The translations under genes and the position numbers were made by a program. Positions 54,785 to 54,885 of a stretch of 54,885 bases of DNA are shown one piece after another. The notes below the pieces were generated by a model. The model was given only the letters and a program-made list of their open reading frames with translations. It was not told the origin of the DNA and did not search any database. How positions within the stretch are numbered: position 1 is the stretch's first letter; the number at the start of each line of letters is the position of its first letter. Source of the stretch: an uncultured Verrucomicrobiota bacterium (GTDB lineage: Bacteria; Verrucomicrobiota; Kiritimatiellia; PWTM01); contig CAYLTB010000002.1 of assembly GCA_964386675.1 (NCBI GenBank), positions 1 through 54,885 on the forward strand, read 5' to 3'.

Positions 54785-54885
54785 ATGACGATGGAAGCCT
54801 CCAGCGCTTTCTCGGCCCGACGCCATGGCGTCGAGGAGCGCGTCACCGGCCGGCTGAAGTTTGCCGCGGACCTTGCCTTTTCGGG
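54785..54885 (+). CDS. 5' fragment of a CDS, possibly a xanthine dehydrogenase/aldehyde oxidase-family molybdopterin subunit; runs off the window
   Basis: MTMEASSAFSARRHGVEERVTGRLKFAADLAFS. The VTGR.K(F/Y)AAD pattern is typical of the N-terminus of that family. Only 33 codons are visible. Confidence 0.3.
   Translation, partial: MTMEASSAFSARRHGVEERVTGRLKFAADLAFS

Overview
This is a very GC-rich draft or metagenome contig end. Gene content suggests the PVC superphylum, Verrucomicrobia/Kiritimatiellia-like: FtsA/FtsZ present, a DUF1501 protein, a PEP-CTERM protein and a prepilin-type pseudopilin. Bases 1-52 are a retained Illumina index adapter, so the first gene (ftsA) is truncated by assembly, not by biology. 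I support about 40 CDS, one tRNA-Ala(CGC) and one complete group II intron with its RT/maturase. There are also several strong hairpins and a 47-bp double-dyad repeat present at three loci. The most unusual region is a tightly coupled six-gene, 12.4-kb operon (20941-33295). It holds two paralogous MacB/LolD-type ABC ATPases, each flanked by a pair of membrane proteins. One of those is a 1637-aa fusion of an apparently catalytically degenerate M28/PA peptidase-like ectodomain with FtsX-type permease modules. Two others are very large polytopic proteins that I cannot place in a family. Other points of interest:
- an orphan hypF next to the intron
- a GHMP sugar-kinase/UDP-sugar pyrophosphorylase fusion
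- a DUF1854 protein coupled to an N-terminally extended ABC exporter
- a 630-bp ORF-free structured intergenic region

No CRISPR array, rRNA, prophage, integrase or recognisable defence system was seen. All family calls come from motif recognition by eye on the supplied translations. No database search was run.
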